A stretch of 38,605 bases of DNA from a virus, in the IMG/VR virus record IMGVR_UViG_3300024303_000159. The stretch is one strand, 5' to 3'. The notes below the pieces were generated by a model. The model did not search any database. It was not told the DNA's origin and saw only the letters and a program-made list of their open reading frames with translations. The translations under genes were made by a program, and so were the position numbers. This document shows, piece by piece, positions 13,350-22,646 of the stretch (positions within the stretch are counted from its first letter, which is position 1; each line of letters starts with the position of its first letter).

Positions 13350-15119
13350 TCATTCAAAAATCTTGTTGATAGCAAACCAATAAACATCTGCGATCTGCCA
13401 CAAACCGCTTTCAGCCGGGTGAACAGCACCATAACCAATAGGACTTTCATAAGTTCTTGTATTCCTTTTGTTTACTGCAATTTCTTCCGTTCCCATATTG
13501 TAAACAGTATCAAGATTTGTGTTAATCGGTAACAAATAAATATTTTCGCTTTCTCTGTTTCCGTATTCACTAATGATACGCTTTACAAGTTCAAAATTAT
13601 TGTGCTTGTATCTATCCCTTGTCTGTCCGCAATTATAAGACTTGCCGAAAGCATCTTGTGATGCATTTGGTGGAATAGTCAAACAAACACCAATTTTTAC
13701 ATTTGAAACTGCGTTTTTAATACTCGCAATCATAAAATCATAATAATCAACAAAATTATTGATTTCGGTGTCAAGTTCTACATCATTTGTTTTACCGAAA
13801 ACATCATTGATTCCTAAATTTAAAATTACCATATCGGGATTTTCAATGTTGTTTTGTGCAAGGTAGTAAGCAAAATCAAACTTCTTTGAAGATGGATTGT
13901 AAAACGCATTGTTGTCTGAACCTGCTGTTTGTTCGTTTACATAAAGATTTGCAGACCAACCACTTCTTCCCTCGTGCTTATAATCTCCATTTCCTTTTGT
14001 TCCAAGTGCGGAAACACTAATTTTTTTATCTGTTGCATTTTGAACAAGCAAACGAACAGGAACACCACCATTTGTTGTGCTATCTCCGATAACAATAACC
14101 TTTACATTTTTTTCATTCTCTGTACTAGCATCAGTTACATAAATGGTTGATGTCTTTGTTGTGGCTGTTTTACCGTTGGAAACAGTGATAGTTATACTGT
14201 GTGTTCCCACTTCGGAAGGTGTAACTCTGAAGCATCTGTCAAATTGCTGTCCGATTTGACAATCAACATTGACACTATAATTTTCAATTCTACCATCCAC
14301 AATGTTGTCAAAATAGATGTTCAATTCTTCACCCTTAACAGCATATAACTTGTCCGGCAAATTGAAATCAATTTCTTCTGTTTCAGTGTTATCATTGATT
14401 TTATTGATATAGTCCAAAACATTGACTGATAGACTTATAGTATCAAGTGTATCTCTGTTGTTCTGCCAACATACAAATACATATTTTGCACCAACCGGAA
14501 CATCAACCAAAATATCTGCGTTATCGTCTGTAACTACCCTCTGAACATGATAAGCACTTGTTGGTCTATAACCATAGCCTTCTACATAATCTGTGGTTGT
14601 AAAGGTCAATTGTGAAATATAAGCATTTCCGTAAGTGTGCTTATATCTCAATTTCATTCCCTCATATACAGGAATTGGATCGGATGTAGTAAAACTATCG
14701 TGCGAAGTCCAATTTCCACCTGCCGACATATACCAACCTTCGTTATGATTTACTTCAATAGTTAACGGACTCCAACCTTTCATGTTGATTAATTCATTGG
14801 ACACATCAATGACACGATTATCCAACTCATTGATTGCACTATCCATCTTGTTCAGATTTTCTTCATTCAACGGAGTTTTTGTTGATGGTGCATTCTCAAA
14901 GTTTATTCTGTCATACAGTTTTTCCATGTCTGCTTCTTCTCCCCTTTCATCACTCAATATGCCGGGGATCCCACTGTCTGCAACCTTTTCTGTTTGTGGA
15001 CTTCTATCATTCAATGATGCAAGCAAAATACAAGCTACAATAATACATAGAATAATAGGCACAAAAACAAAAAGTGCTTTCTTCGTGTGTTTTCCCTTGA
15101 ATAATGAGTTAGGTTTCAT
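13350..15119 (-). CDS. Membrane-anchored SGNH/GDSL-family hydrolase (esterase) with fibre-like and Ig-like segments
   Basis: Block I 'VIVIGDSTTNGG', block III 'LNLGINDVF', block V-like 'GAVHPAESG'. The N-terminus is basic, followed by a roughly 22-residue hydrophobic helix (ALFVFVPIILCIIVACILLASL). 'TPLNEENLNKMDSAINELD' is a motif I associate with prophage tail fibres. GGAGG lies 9 nt upstream of the ATG. Confidence 0.75.
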   Translation of the reverse strand: MKPNSLFKGKHTKKALFVFVPIILCIIVACILLASLNDRSPQTEKVADSGIPGILSDERGEEADMEKLYDRINFENAPSTKTPLNEENLNKMDSAINELDNRVIDVSNELINMKGWSPLTIEVNHNEGWYMSAGGNWTSHDSFTTSDPIPVYEGMKLRYKHTYGNAYISQLTFTTTDYVEGYGYRPTSAYHVQRVVTDDNADILVDVPVGAKYVFVCWQNNRDTLDTISLSVNVLDYINKINDNTETEEIDFNLPDKLYAVKGEELNIYFDNIVDGRIENYSVNVDCQIGQQFDRCFRVTPSEVGTHSITITVSNGKTATTKTSTIYVTDASTENEKNVKVIVIGDSTTNGGVPVRLLVQNATDKKISVSALGTKGNGDYKHEGRSGWSANLYVNEQTAGSDNNAFYNPSSKKFDFAYYLAQNNIENPDMVILNLGINDVFGKTNDVELDTEINNFVDYYDFMIASIKNAVSNVKIGVCLTIPPNASQDAFGKSYNCGQTRDRYKHNNFELVKRIISEYGNRESENIYLLPINTNLDTVYNMGTEEIAVNKRNTRTYESPIGYGAVHPAESGLWQIADVYWFAINKIFE

Positions 15120-15150
15120 TTGTCTTTACCTCCGTTGTATAAATTAATTT

Positions 15151-15179
15151 ATTATACAATGGAATATTATGGAAGTAAA
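15151..15179 (-). promoter_or_regulatory. Candidate dedicated promoter for the SGNH hydrolase gene
   Basis: Minus strand reads TTTACT (15179..15174), 17 nt, TATAAT (15156..15151), 32 nt upstream of the ATG. The context is AT-rich, so chance is not excluded. Confidence 0.45.
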
Positions 15180-15188
15180 TAGTTTTTG

Positions 15189-15383
15189 TTATTTTGAAAT
15201 AGTTTCTTTGTCATTCTTAGCATCACTTTCAGCTTCTGCTTGCAAGTCCAATGCCACCTTCTGCCGCACTGCTCCAAGTGCGTTATCAAGAACCATTTCA
15301 ACAATGCAGGATGGCAATCCGCTTTTATTGATCACATCAACCAAATCCTGCTTGAATTTCTTTGTTGCTGTGTTTATTCCCAA
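15189..15383 (-). CDS. Hypothetical 64-aa protein in the tail block
   Basis: TTG start at 15383 with AGGTGG 7 nt upstream. Helical composition. I recognise no motif. Confidence 0.5.
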   Translation of the reverse strand: MGINTATKKFKQDLVDVINKSGLPSCIVEMVLDNALGAVRQKVALDLQAEAESDAKNDKETISK

Positions 15384-15400
15384 AATGTCACCACCTGTCT

Positions 15401-17173
15401 TTAAATGTATTCATGAATGTTTGCACTTGTTATCGGAACACCACCATTGATTGTTTCACAATGCAATGCTGTCAAGCTATCCCCGATGTGGACCGTTCCA
15501 TTTGTCCAATATGCAATTGGATGTGTTTCAACATACCCGGCATCATACATTGCTATGAAGTTATAACCAAGCCGCAAAGAACCGTTTCCACTTGTTACAA
15601 TTTCAAACATGTTCCCATCTAACTGTGCAGAAGTGCTTCCATCACGAATGACAACAGAACCATTGGAAAGAACGGAAAAACCACCATTGATGGTTGTATA
15701 ACCTTCCAAGCTGATTTGACTTGCAGAAATTGTTATTCCACTAACCGCAACACTTATCATTGAACTAACTTCCCCGGCCGTCACACGAAGTGCAATTTCA
15801 TCCGCAAGCTGTTGGATGCTTGATTCAGTGTTGGTTTGCAAGTCCTTCACAGAAAGACTGATTTCATCTGCACGAACAGAAAGGCTTGCTTCTGCTTCCT
15901 GTGCTCTCTTAACCTCTGCCGATATTTCTTCAGCAGTCTGCAAGATTTGGGATGAAAGATCCTTTTCTATGTCGATAAGCTGTGACCTTGTTTCATCAAC
16001 GGTCCTTGTCAGGATGTTCATCTTGCCTTTGATCTGCAAAATAGAACGATTTACCGAATTCACCTTTTCACCATATGCTTCAACACCATTTGCATCATAG
16101 GTGTCAATCAAACCCTGAATTCCCTTCAGTGTTCGATCCAGGATGTATGTTTCCACCACCTCATGCTGTGTGTTCAAACGGATTGCTGCACCGACTTCCA
16201 AACAAGGATTGCCAACCGCTTTTGCTGTTGCAGGCCTATAACACACAACACTGATAATGTCAAACAGCTTCTGTGCAACAGCTGTCAACCCGGAAGCATC
16301 CATTCCATACACAAGGAAATTGTTTTCAACGATATAGCAATTGTCACCATTGCCAACAATGCAACCAACATCATTTTCTTCCTGCCGGATTTGCAACTTG
16401 CTGATGTGCTTCGTTGTGAAATCTTCGTATTGGCAAGAAATATAGTGGTGTTCCTTTATCTTTTCAGTGTTTCCATCGTAAGGGAACAGGCCATCCATAG
16501 GAAACAGATCATTTGCCGGAAGAAGGCCGCTTTCTATTTCAGGCAAAGTGATATATTGCACCTTTCCACTTCTTCCGATATGCCCGAAGCATCCGTTTAT
16601 TTCACAGATTGCCTTCATCACCATGCTTCCACTTAATTCTTCCGGTTCAATCGTCTTTGTCACAACCATTTCATCATTCGTCAAGGTGATTTCTTCCTGC
16701 TCCAAGCCAAAATGTGAAATGAAGGATGCCCGGAAATCTCCAAGGGTGATTGTGCTTTCGGCATCCGGAAGAATATCGTTGTACCATGCCGACACATCCG
16801 CATTGATAATGTCATACATGGCATCATAGGCAACAATATCCCTATACCGTCTGTCTGCTGTCGGTTTGTCGGATGCCACCTTGTAAGTGCCAATAACAAA
16901 AGGATCCGCAATGTGACCAACATACATTGACACAACACAGGTTTCACCGATCAGCGGAATCACATTGCCGATGATCCGCAATTTAAAAACAGAAGCTTCG
17001 CAGGAACCGAAACGAAGTTCCGATTCCGAACAAAGACTTTCTGAAATCTCCATGCTTTCTTCCACAATATCTTCATCCCGAAGTGTGACTGACAGATTTG
17101 GAAATGAAACAAGCAGCCTTTTTCGTGTTCCGGTCTGCTTGAAAAGGTCCTTATATTCTTTTGTGTCTGCCAT
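15401..17173 (-). CDS. Second Tal-like tail tip / fibre protein (590 aa)
   Basis: It follows a small Dit-like gene and the second tape measure gene. The N-terminal region is 'ESMEISESLCSESELRFGSCEASVFKLRI'. It has a long coiled coil and a beta-rich C-terminus. ATG at 17173 with AAAGGAG 8 nt upstream. The track ORF starts at TTG 17179. Confidence 0.6.
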   Translation of the reverse strand: MADTKEYKDLFKQTGTRKRLLVSFPNLSVTLRDEDIVEESMEISESLCSESELRFGSCEASVFKLRIIGNVIPLIGETCVVSMYVGHIADPFVIGTYKVASDKPTADRRYRDIVAYDAMYDIINADVSAWYNDILPDAESTITLGDFRASFISHFGLEQEEITLTNDEMVVTKTIEPEELSGSMVMKAICEINGCFGHIGRSGKVQYITLPEIESGLLPANDLFPMDGLFPYDGNTEKIKEHHYISCQYEDFTTKHISKLQIRQEENDVGCIVGNGDNCYIVENNFLVYGMDASGLTAVAQKLFDIISVVCYRPATAKAVGNPCLEVGAAIRLNTQHEVVETYILDRTLKGIQGLIDTYDANGVEAYGEKVNSVNRSILQIKGKMNILTRTVDETRSQLIDIEKDLSSQILQTAEEISAEVKRAQEAEASLSVRADEISLSVKDLQTNTESSIQQLADEIALRVTAGEVSSMISVAVSGITISASQISLEGYTTINGGFSVLSNGSVVIRDGSTSAQLDGNMFEIVTSGNGSLRLGYNFIAMYDAGYVETHPIAYWTNGTVHIGDSLTALHCETINGGVPITSANIHEYI

Positions 17174-17175
17174 CG

Positions 17176-17559
17176 TCAATTCTCCTTTAACTTAACAGAA
17201 ATTGCACCATAACGGATTCTATTTTGCAGTGCGTATTGATGCGGAACACTAAAGTCTTCCACACGAAAAACACCTGTTGCATAGGATCCGGTTGTGTCAT
17301 TCCAATATTCCACTGTTACATTCCGGCCTGTTGAAAATGCAGAAAGAAGTGCAGTGTGTTCTTCCATGTCATGTTCCCGGATGGTGAATCCTATTTTCAT
17401 TTTCACTGCCGGACTTAATTCCTCATGGAAACCACCTGCCGCATCATAATATGATGCAATAACCCTTCTTGTCTGTGTGGAAGTGTAGCTGCCCTTCGTG
17501 ATCATTGTATTATCAATGATGTGGCCATTGACCTTGATTCTATAACCTCTATATGACAT
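17176..17559 (-). CDS. Small distal-tail-like protein (127 aa)
   Basis: Sits in the Dit slot immediately after a tape measure gene. Beta-rich. AAAGGGGGTG RBS. The assignment rests mainly on position. Confidence 0.45.
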   Translation of the reverse strand: MSYRGYRIKVNGHIIDNTMITKGSYTSTQTRRVIASYYDAAGGFHEELSPAVKMKIGFTIREHDMEEHTALLSAFSTGRNVTVEYWNDTTGSYATGVFRVEDFSVPHQYALQNRIRYGAISVKLKEN

Positions 17560-17573
17560 ACTGCACCCCCTTT

Positions 17574-19397
17574 CTAAGCAAATGCCGGATTCCCGGTTAT
17601 GTTTTCATATTCTCTTGCCTTATCACGCACTACCCGGAAAATGCCACTTTCGTCAGCTTCGATTCTCTGTGCATTCTGCAATTCCGGAAGCACTTCACGA
17701 ATAGCACCAACAACAGCATGAGAAAGTCTGTCATAGTCAATGCCACCACCACACTGCATTGACATTTCCTGTGCAACCCTGCTGATCCATTTTCTGTTCT
17801 GATCCAAAGGAACAACAGCTTCTGCACCGTTTCCTTCAAGGAATCCGATTTGTCCTTTTTCAAGGATGCCGCCCTTTTCAAGCTTCGGAATTAGTGGAAT
17901 GTTCATGCTCTTTCCACCTACACCCGGAACCCAATCCGGAATTTCAAGCTTGTTGATTCCTTTGATGAAATTATTGATCAGGTCAATGATTAAATTGATC
18001 GGTATTTTGAAGTTGTTTCCGATTCCTTCTGCTATGGATGAAAAGATGTTCTTCACACCTTCCCAAGCAGATTTCCAATCACCTGTGAACACACCCTTGA
18101 CAAACTGAATGATGCCCGAAAAAACACCTTTTACTGTGTTCACCTTATTCATCACAGATTCAAAGGCATAATTCACAACACTTGTCAACATGCCGGAAAG
18201 ATACTCAAATGCAAATTGCAGTGGTTTTATGGCAACTTCTATCACCTTTGTCACAATTGTGATCAACGGTGTCAAAATATTGGTGATCAGCGTTGTTAAA
18301 GGAACCAAAAGTGCCAAAACCAAATCAATGATCGGTTGCAACAGGTTCAAGATAGGTGTAAGCAGATTCAAAATCGGAAGAAGCAGCTGCACCAATGGCG
18401 GCAAAAGTGCCTGCACAATCTGAATCAATGGCGGCAATAGCAATTCAAGCACCTGCAACAGCACCGGAAGGATTGCTTCTGTGATCTGCATAAATGATGG
18501 CAATAGTGCTTCTATCAGACTAACCACCATCGGGAACACACTTTCAACCAAAGAAAACAGTATAGGCATCAAGGAATCCATCAATCCAAGCAACACAGGT
18601 GCAAAACTGTCAAAAATGGTCTGTACCCTTGGCATAAATTGAAGGACCAAATCAAGCACTTTCTGAAGGATCGGGAACAGTGCAACACCAATTTTTGTTC
18701 CTACCATCCCGGCCGACTTCTTCACATCATCCAAAGTATCACCAAGGACAACACCTGCATTCACTGCATCATCACCCATGATCAAACCAAGTTCATGTGC
18801 CCGGTCTGTCAATTCAATAATGCCTTCTGCACCATTGTTCAGCATCGGCATCATTTCAGATCCGGATCTGCCAAGAAGACCATTTGCAAGTGCTGCTTTT
18901 TCTGTGCCATTCTCCATTGAAGCAAGTGCCATTGTCACTTCCTTGAACATGTCTTCCTGATTCTTCATTGCTCCGTTGGAATCGTAGATGCTAACACCTA
19001 ATGCTTCAAACAATTCAACACTTTTTTCCGTACCGCTTGCAGCACCATCCATCTGTGCCACAAGTGTCTTCATTCCCATCTGAAGGCCATTGACATCCAT
19101 TCCATTCTGTCCTAATACATAGGACCATTCCTGATATGCCTGTTTTGACATACCAATCTTTGCTGACATTTTGTCGATTTCATCTGCATTGGATGCAGCA
19201 GAAGATGCAATTCCGGTCAATGCAGCACCTGCCGCAAGTGTTCCACCAACAACCGCTGTGCCAAACTTTGCAGCAACTCCTGCACCCTTCTTCAGACCTT
19301 CCGCAAATTTGCCTGCCTTTTCCGAAGTTTCTTCTATATTCTCAACTGCTTCACTGTTATCAATAGCAATCTTTCCGAATATCTTAAAAAGTTCCAT
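17574..19397 (-). CDS. Tape measure protein, copy 2 (607 aa)
   Basis: N-terminus 'MELFKIFGKIAIDNSEAVENIEE'. TP901-type core 'LANGLLGRSGSEMMPMLNNG'. Leu/Pro-rich periodic segment 'LLPPLIQIVQALLPPLVQLLLPILNLLTPILNLL'. C-terminus 'KLEKGGIL...GNGAEAVVPLD'. It has its own RBS, AAGGGGGTGA. Confidence 0.85.
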   Translation of the reverse strand: MELFKIFGKIAIDNSEAVENIEETSEKAGKFAEGLKKGAGVAAKFGTAVVGGTLAAGAALTGIASSAASNADEIDKMSAKIGMSKQAYQEWSYVLGQNGMDVNGLQMGMKTLVAQMDGAASGTEKSVELFEALGVSIYDSNGAMKNQEDMFKEVTMALASMENGTEKAALANGLLGRSGSEMMPMLNNGAEGIIELTDRAHELGLIMGDDAVNAGVVLGDTLDDVKKSAGMVGTKIGVALFPILQKVLDLVLQFMPRVQTIFDSFAPVLLGLMDSLMPILFSLVESVFPMVVSLIEALLPSFMQITEAILPVLLQVLELLLPPLIQIVQALLPPLVQLLLPILNLLTPILNLLQPIIDLVLALLVPLTTLITNILTPLITIVTKVIEVAIKPLQFAFEYLSGMLTSVVNYAFESVMNKVNTVKGVFSGIIQFVKGVFTGDWKSAWEGVKNIFSSIAEGIGNNFKIPINLIIDLINNFIKGINKLEIPDWVPGVGGKSMNIPLIPKLEKGGILEKGQIGFLEGNGAEAVVPLDQNRKWISRVAQEMSMQCGGGIDYDRLSHAVVGAIREVLPELQNAQRIEADESGIFRVVRDKAREYENITGNPAFA

Positions 19398-19434
19398 CAG
19401 GGATTCACCCCCTTCTTTTGTTCATTATCGTGGT

Positions 19435-21342
19435 TTATACATTCCCACGCATTTTTCTGTTTGATAATATACCCAATTCCTGATCAATCCTTGGTGCCAA
19501 TCTGCTGACCAAGGCATTCCCATCAAGAACGATGTTTGAATCCTTTTCTGCAAGCTGTGGCATGTATTCAGCCAATATTGACATGATCCTTTGCATGTAA
19601 TAGATGACAGGTTCATTTTCTGCTTTCACAGCTTCCCTGACGAACACAAGAAGTGTGTCAATAGGTGTGATTGCTTCTGCTCCTGCTTCACCAAATCCTT
19701 GCCATCCTGCAAGCGTTGGAAGCACTGTCGGCCTGTCAAATATTCCACCTTTTGCATTCCACTTGACAGAAAACTTTGGAACACCGGGAATGTTAAGAAG
19801 TTCAGCTGCCTTTGCAAGAATTGCAGGTTTCTTTGACCATGACACACTGATTGAAGGCATCTTGATTGCCTTGAATTTCAAGTCAATGTTAAAGAATCCC
19901 TTGATTTTCTTGATGGCATTGTCAACCACATTTCTTGCCGATTCAATCTTTTCCTTGATTGTTGAATAGATGGATCCGAAGACCTCAACAACCTTGTTCT
20001 TGGCAGAAACTATCGGATCAATCAGGCCCGATTTCAGCAATTGGAAAGCTGAAACAGCCTTGTCCTTTGCTGATTGTACTTTTTCAGAAATTGTGTTCCG
20101 GATATTATCGAAAATATCCGTTGCCTTCTGCTTCATGGATTCAAATTTTTCTTTCATGCTGTTATACATTTCAGTGAATTTTGTTTTCAGTATGGAAGCA
20201 GCCTTTGAACAGGCATCTTGTATCTTCTCCCATAGATTGATCCAAAACTGTCTGAATGGTTCAACATTGTTCCATAAATAGATGAAGGCAACCACAAGGC
20301 CTGCAAGCAGTGCCACAATGATTCCAATCGGATTTGCCATAAGTGCCGCATTGAATAAAAGGATTGCATTTCTGACTGTGCTGATTGCTTTTGCAGCTGC
20401 TGTCATAATGGTTCCCCAATTCATGATCAGAAGAAAGATCCCGATGGATGTTGCTGCACCAAGAATGACTGCAACCCATGTGTGGATTGTGTTTTCATTC
20501 TCCTTGATCCAGGTGATTGCATCCTTTATCTTGTCAATCAGTTCCTGGATCTTCGGTGCTGCTGCTGCAACCATGTCTGCAATCTTTCCTTTGATATTTG
20601 TCACTATTGGTTCAAACACTGCACCAAGGTCTGCAAAGGCATCAGAAAGCTTTTCCTGTGCCTTTCTTGCTTCCATCACATCTTTGTTGGTTTCCTTGTA
20701 CTGATCCGCAGCCTTGCCATATGTGTTCCGTAAGGTTTTCATGATCAGATCTTGTCTTTCTTCCTCTGTTGAACACTCTGCAAGCTGTGCATTGAAGTCA
20801 TCAACAGTGATTCCGGACCATTCCAATGCATCGGCCAAGGATCCCTGTACCTCTCCCAAAGAACTGCTGTGATTGATTGCTTCGCTCAACCCTTCCAATG
20901 GCAATGATGCCCCGAAAGTCGCATAAACTCCGGTCAAGGTGTGTGTCATGTCATTCAATTCCGATTCATTGTCAGCAATCAATGAAAGGTGCTGTGCTGC
21001 TTCAACAGCTGCACCGGAATCACCCATGACTGCATTCAAATCAGAATAGGTGTTTTTTGCCACTTCTGAACTGTGGCCTGCTGTCTGATAGGCAGAAACA
21101 AGCAATCCCATTTCTGCCCGATAATCTCTTGTACTTTCTGTGACTGCAAGGATGGATCCACCAATGGCCAATCCTGCACCTGCAATCATCTTGCCTGCTG
21201 ACACAACAGCCTTTCCAATTCCACCAAAAGCACTGTTGATAGTGTCCTGTGAATTGTTCGCCCTTTCTGCTGTGTCATCAATTGCATGGTTCGCTTCTGT
21301 ATTGTCGATGGCAATAGTGCCAAACAATCTGAACAGTTCCAT
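19435..21342 (-). CDS. Tape measure protein, copy 1 (635 aa)
   Basis: N-terminus 'MELFRLFGTIAIDNTEANHAIDD'. 'GSLADALEWSGITVDDFNAQLAECSTEEER'. Three central hydrophobic helices. C-terminus 'WNAKGGIFDRP...GFGEAGAEAITPID'. It follows the chaperone genes. Confidence 0.9.
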   Translation of the reverse strand: MELFRLFGTIAIDNTEANHAIDDTAERANNSQDTINSAFGGIGKAVVSAGKMIAGAGLAIGGSILAVTESTRDYRAEMGLLVSAYQTAGHSSEVAKNTYSDLNAVMGDSGAAVEAAQHLSLIADNESELNDMTHTLTGVYATFGASLPLEGLSEAINHSSSLGEVQGSLADALEWSGITVDDFNAQLAECSTEEERQDLIMKTLRNTYGKAADQYKETNKDVMEARKAQEKLSDAFADLGAVFEPIVTNIKGKIADMVAAAAPKIQELIDKIKDAITWIKENENTIHTWVAVILGAATSIGIFLLIMNWGTIMTAAAKAISTVRNAILLFNAALMANPIGIIVALLAGLVVAFIYLWNNVEPFRQFWINLWEKIQDACSKAASILKTKFTEMYNSMKEKFESMKQKATDIFDNIRNTISEKVQSAKDKAVSAFQLLKSGLIDPIVSAKNKVVEVFGSIYSTIKEKIESARNVVDNAIKKIKGFFNIDLKFKAIKMPSISVSWSKKPAILAKAAELLNIPGVPKFSVKWNAKGGIFDRPTVLPTLAGWQGFGEAGAEAITPIDTLLVFVREAVKAENEPVIYYMQRIMSILAEYMPQLAEKDSNIVLDGNALVSRLAPRIDQELGILSNRKMRGNV

Positions 21343-21354
21343 GCTTTTCCCTTT

Positions 21355-21636
21355 CTATTCTTCAGGAACAAAGGAATTCAAAATTTGTTGTGATGTTCTG
21401 ATGGTTGTTTCAAGCTGTTGTTTTGTAGGTTTCACAGCATTCCTTGCATGTGCGAATACTTTTTCTTTGTATTCATCGAAGGACTGTTCAAATACCTTGT
21501 GAATCCATACATCCCACATAGCTTCTTCATTTTGGATGTTCATGAAGTCGATGATGAATTCACACAACATCCCGGAAGAAATATATTGGTCTAACAACAA
21601 AAATGGACTTGCATATCTTTTGAATAGCAAGTCCAT
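21355..21636 (-). CDS. Tail assembly protein (Gp15-like, T-position)
   Basis: 'LLFKRYASPFLLLDQYI' resembles my memory of the Phage_Gp15 family. It lies between the chaperone and the tape measure gene. Confidence 0.55.
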   Translation of the reverse strand: MDLLFKRYASPFLLLDQYISSGMLCEFIIDFMNIQNEEAMWDVWIHKVFEQSFDEYKEKVFAHARNAVKPTKQQLETTIRTSQQILNSFVPEE

Positions 21637-21650
21637 GAATTTGAATTCCC

Positions 21651-22049
21651 CTATTTGAACAATTTTGAAACAACCTTGATAAAATCCTTGAACTGATCCT
21701 TCTGCACCACATCAATGATCATTTCAGCGAATACAACCATATCAAGTTCTGCAATGTCTTTCGCAGTCTTCCCGGAAAGATCTGCAAGGAAAGAATAGAT
21801 GTCCTGCTCCGCATGTGTAACATTGGACAATACAACCCCGGCAATGTCCACCATGACAGAAAGACCGATTCTTTCAACAGATGCTGCTGCATCCGTACCT
21901 TCTGCGATCAATTTCTGAACTTCTTCAGTTTCAAAGCAGGACTTGAATTCCTTGATTCCAATCTTGCTGATGATTCTTGACATGAGGAAAACATCCTTTG
22001 ACTGAAGTTCCCTCAATACATAAGCTTTTTCAATGTTTGTTTCTCCCAT
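21651..22049 (-). CDS. Tail assembly chaperone (G-position)
   Basis: Position directly after the major tail protein gene. Acidic, helical, 132 aa. Confidence 0.6.
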   Translation of the reverse strand: MGETNIEKAYVLRELQSKDVFLMSRIISKIGIKEFKSCFETEEVQKLIAEGTDAAASVERIGLSVMVDIAGVVLSNVTHAEQDIYSFLADLSGKTAKDIAELDMVVFAEMIIDVVQKDQFKDFIKVVSKLFK

Positions 22050-22066
22050 TGTTCAAATCTCCTTTT

Positions 22067-22645
22067 TTATGCTACAGGTCTATAAATCTTCCAAGGAAGC
22101 TTGTCAAGTTCCCCGGTGCTGTCTGCTGTGCAAACGAAAGTCACCGCAGGCTTGCTTGCTTCCTTATCCTTGCCTTCTAAGGAAAGGCCGGAAGTACAAA
22201 GTGCATTCGGAAGAATAGCAATGATGTTGCCACCATTCAGATCCTTTCCTACAAATGCAATGTTATCCCAATAGTCACCTTCTTCAATGTCCGGCTTGGA
22301 TTCAAGCACCGAATATGCATCATCTTCAGAAATGCCAAGCTGTGCAATCAATGCCGCCTTCATGACATCATCGGTCAATTCAATGAAGTTCACTTCCATT
22401 GTTGCCGCTTCTCCGGTCTTCTTATGTGTCAGGCCCTTGACCGGAACCAATGCACCATCCACTTCAATTTCAGTCAGTGTCGGAATGACTTCAAACTTGG
22501 AACCACCCGAAGTTGCACCGACAATGGTTTCCGTAAAGTTCCACGAATCACCGGAAAACTTCAAACCCTTATGAATAGTGCCTGCACCAAAAAGAACCTT
22601 CTTCGGAGTGTTAGCCGAAACACCACTTTTTCCTGCTTCTGCCAT
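22067..22645 (-). CDS. Major tail protein
   Basis: 192 aa. 'KVLFGAGTIHKGLKF...GATSGGSKFEVIPTLTEIEVDGA' is a phi13/TP901-like major tail pattern. The position is canonical. Confidence 0.8.
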   Translation of the reverse strand: MAEAGKSGVSANTPKKVLFGAGTIHKGLKFSGDSWNFTETIVGATSGGSKFEVIPTLTEIEVDGALVPVKGLTHKKTGEAATMEVNFIELTDDVMKAALIAQLGISEDDAYSVLESKPDIEEGDYWDNIAFVGKDLNGGNIIAILPNALCTSGLSLEGKDKEASKPAVTFVCTADSTGELDKLPWKIYRPVA

Positions 22646-22646
22646 A

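Noticed and set aside
21637-21711. Possible -1 programmed frameshift joining the tail chaperone (21651-22049) to the downstream Gp15-like ORF
   Set aside because: The downstream frame is the -1 frame and stays open for 25 codons upstream of its ATG. However, I find no canonical X XXY YYZ slippery heptamer in the overlap (GAT TTT ATC and TCA AAA TTG do not fit). The ORF also has its own ATG preceded by AGGGGA. Independent initiation is sufficient, though a frameshift is not excluded.
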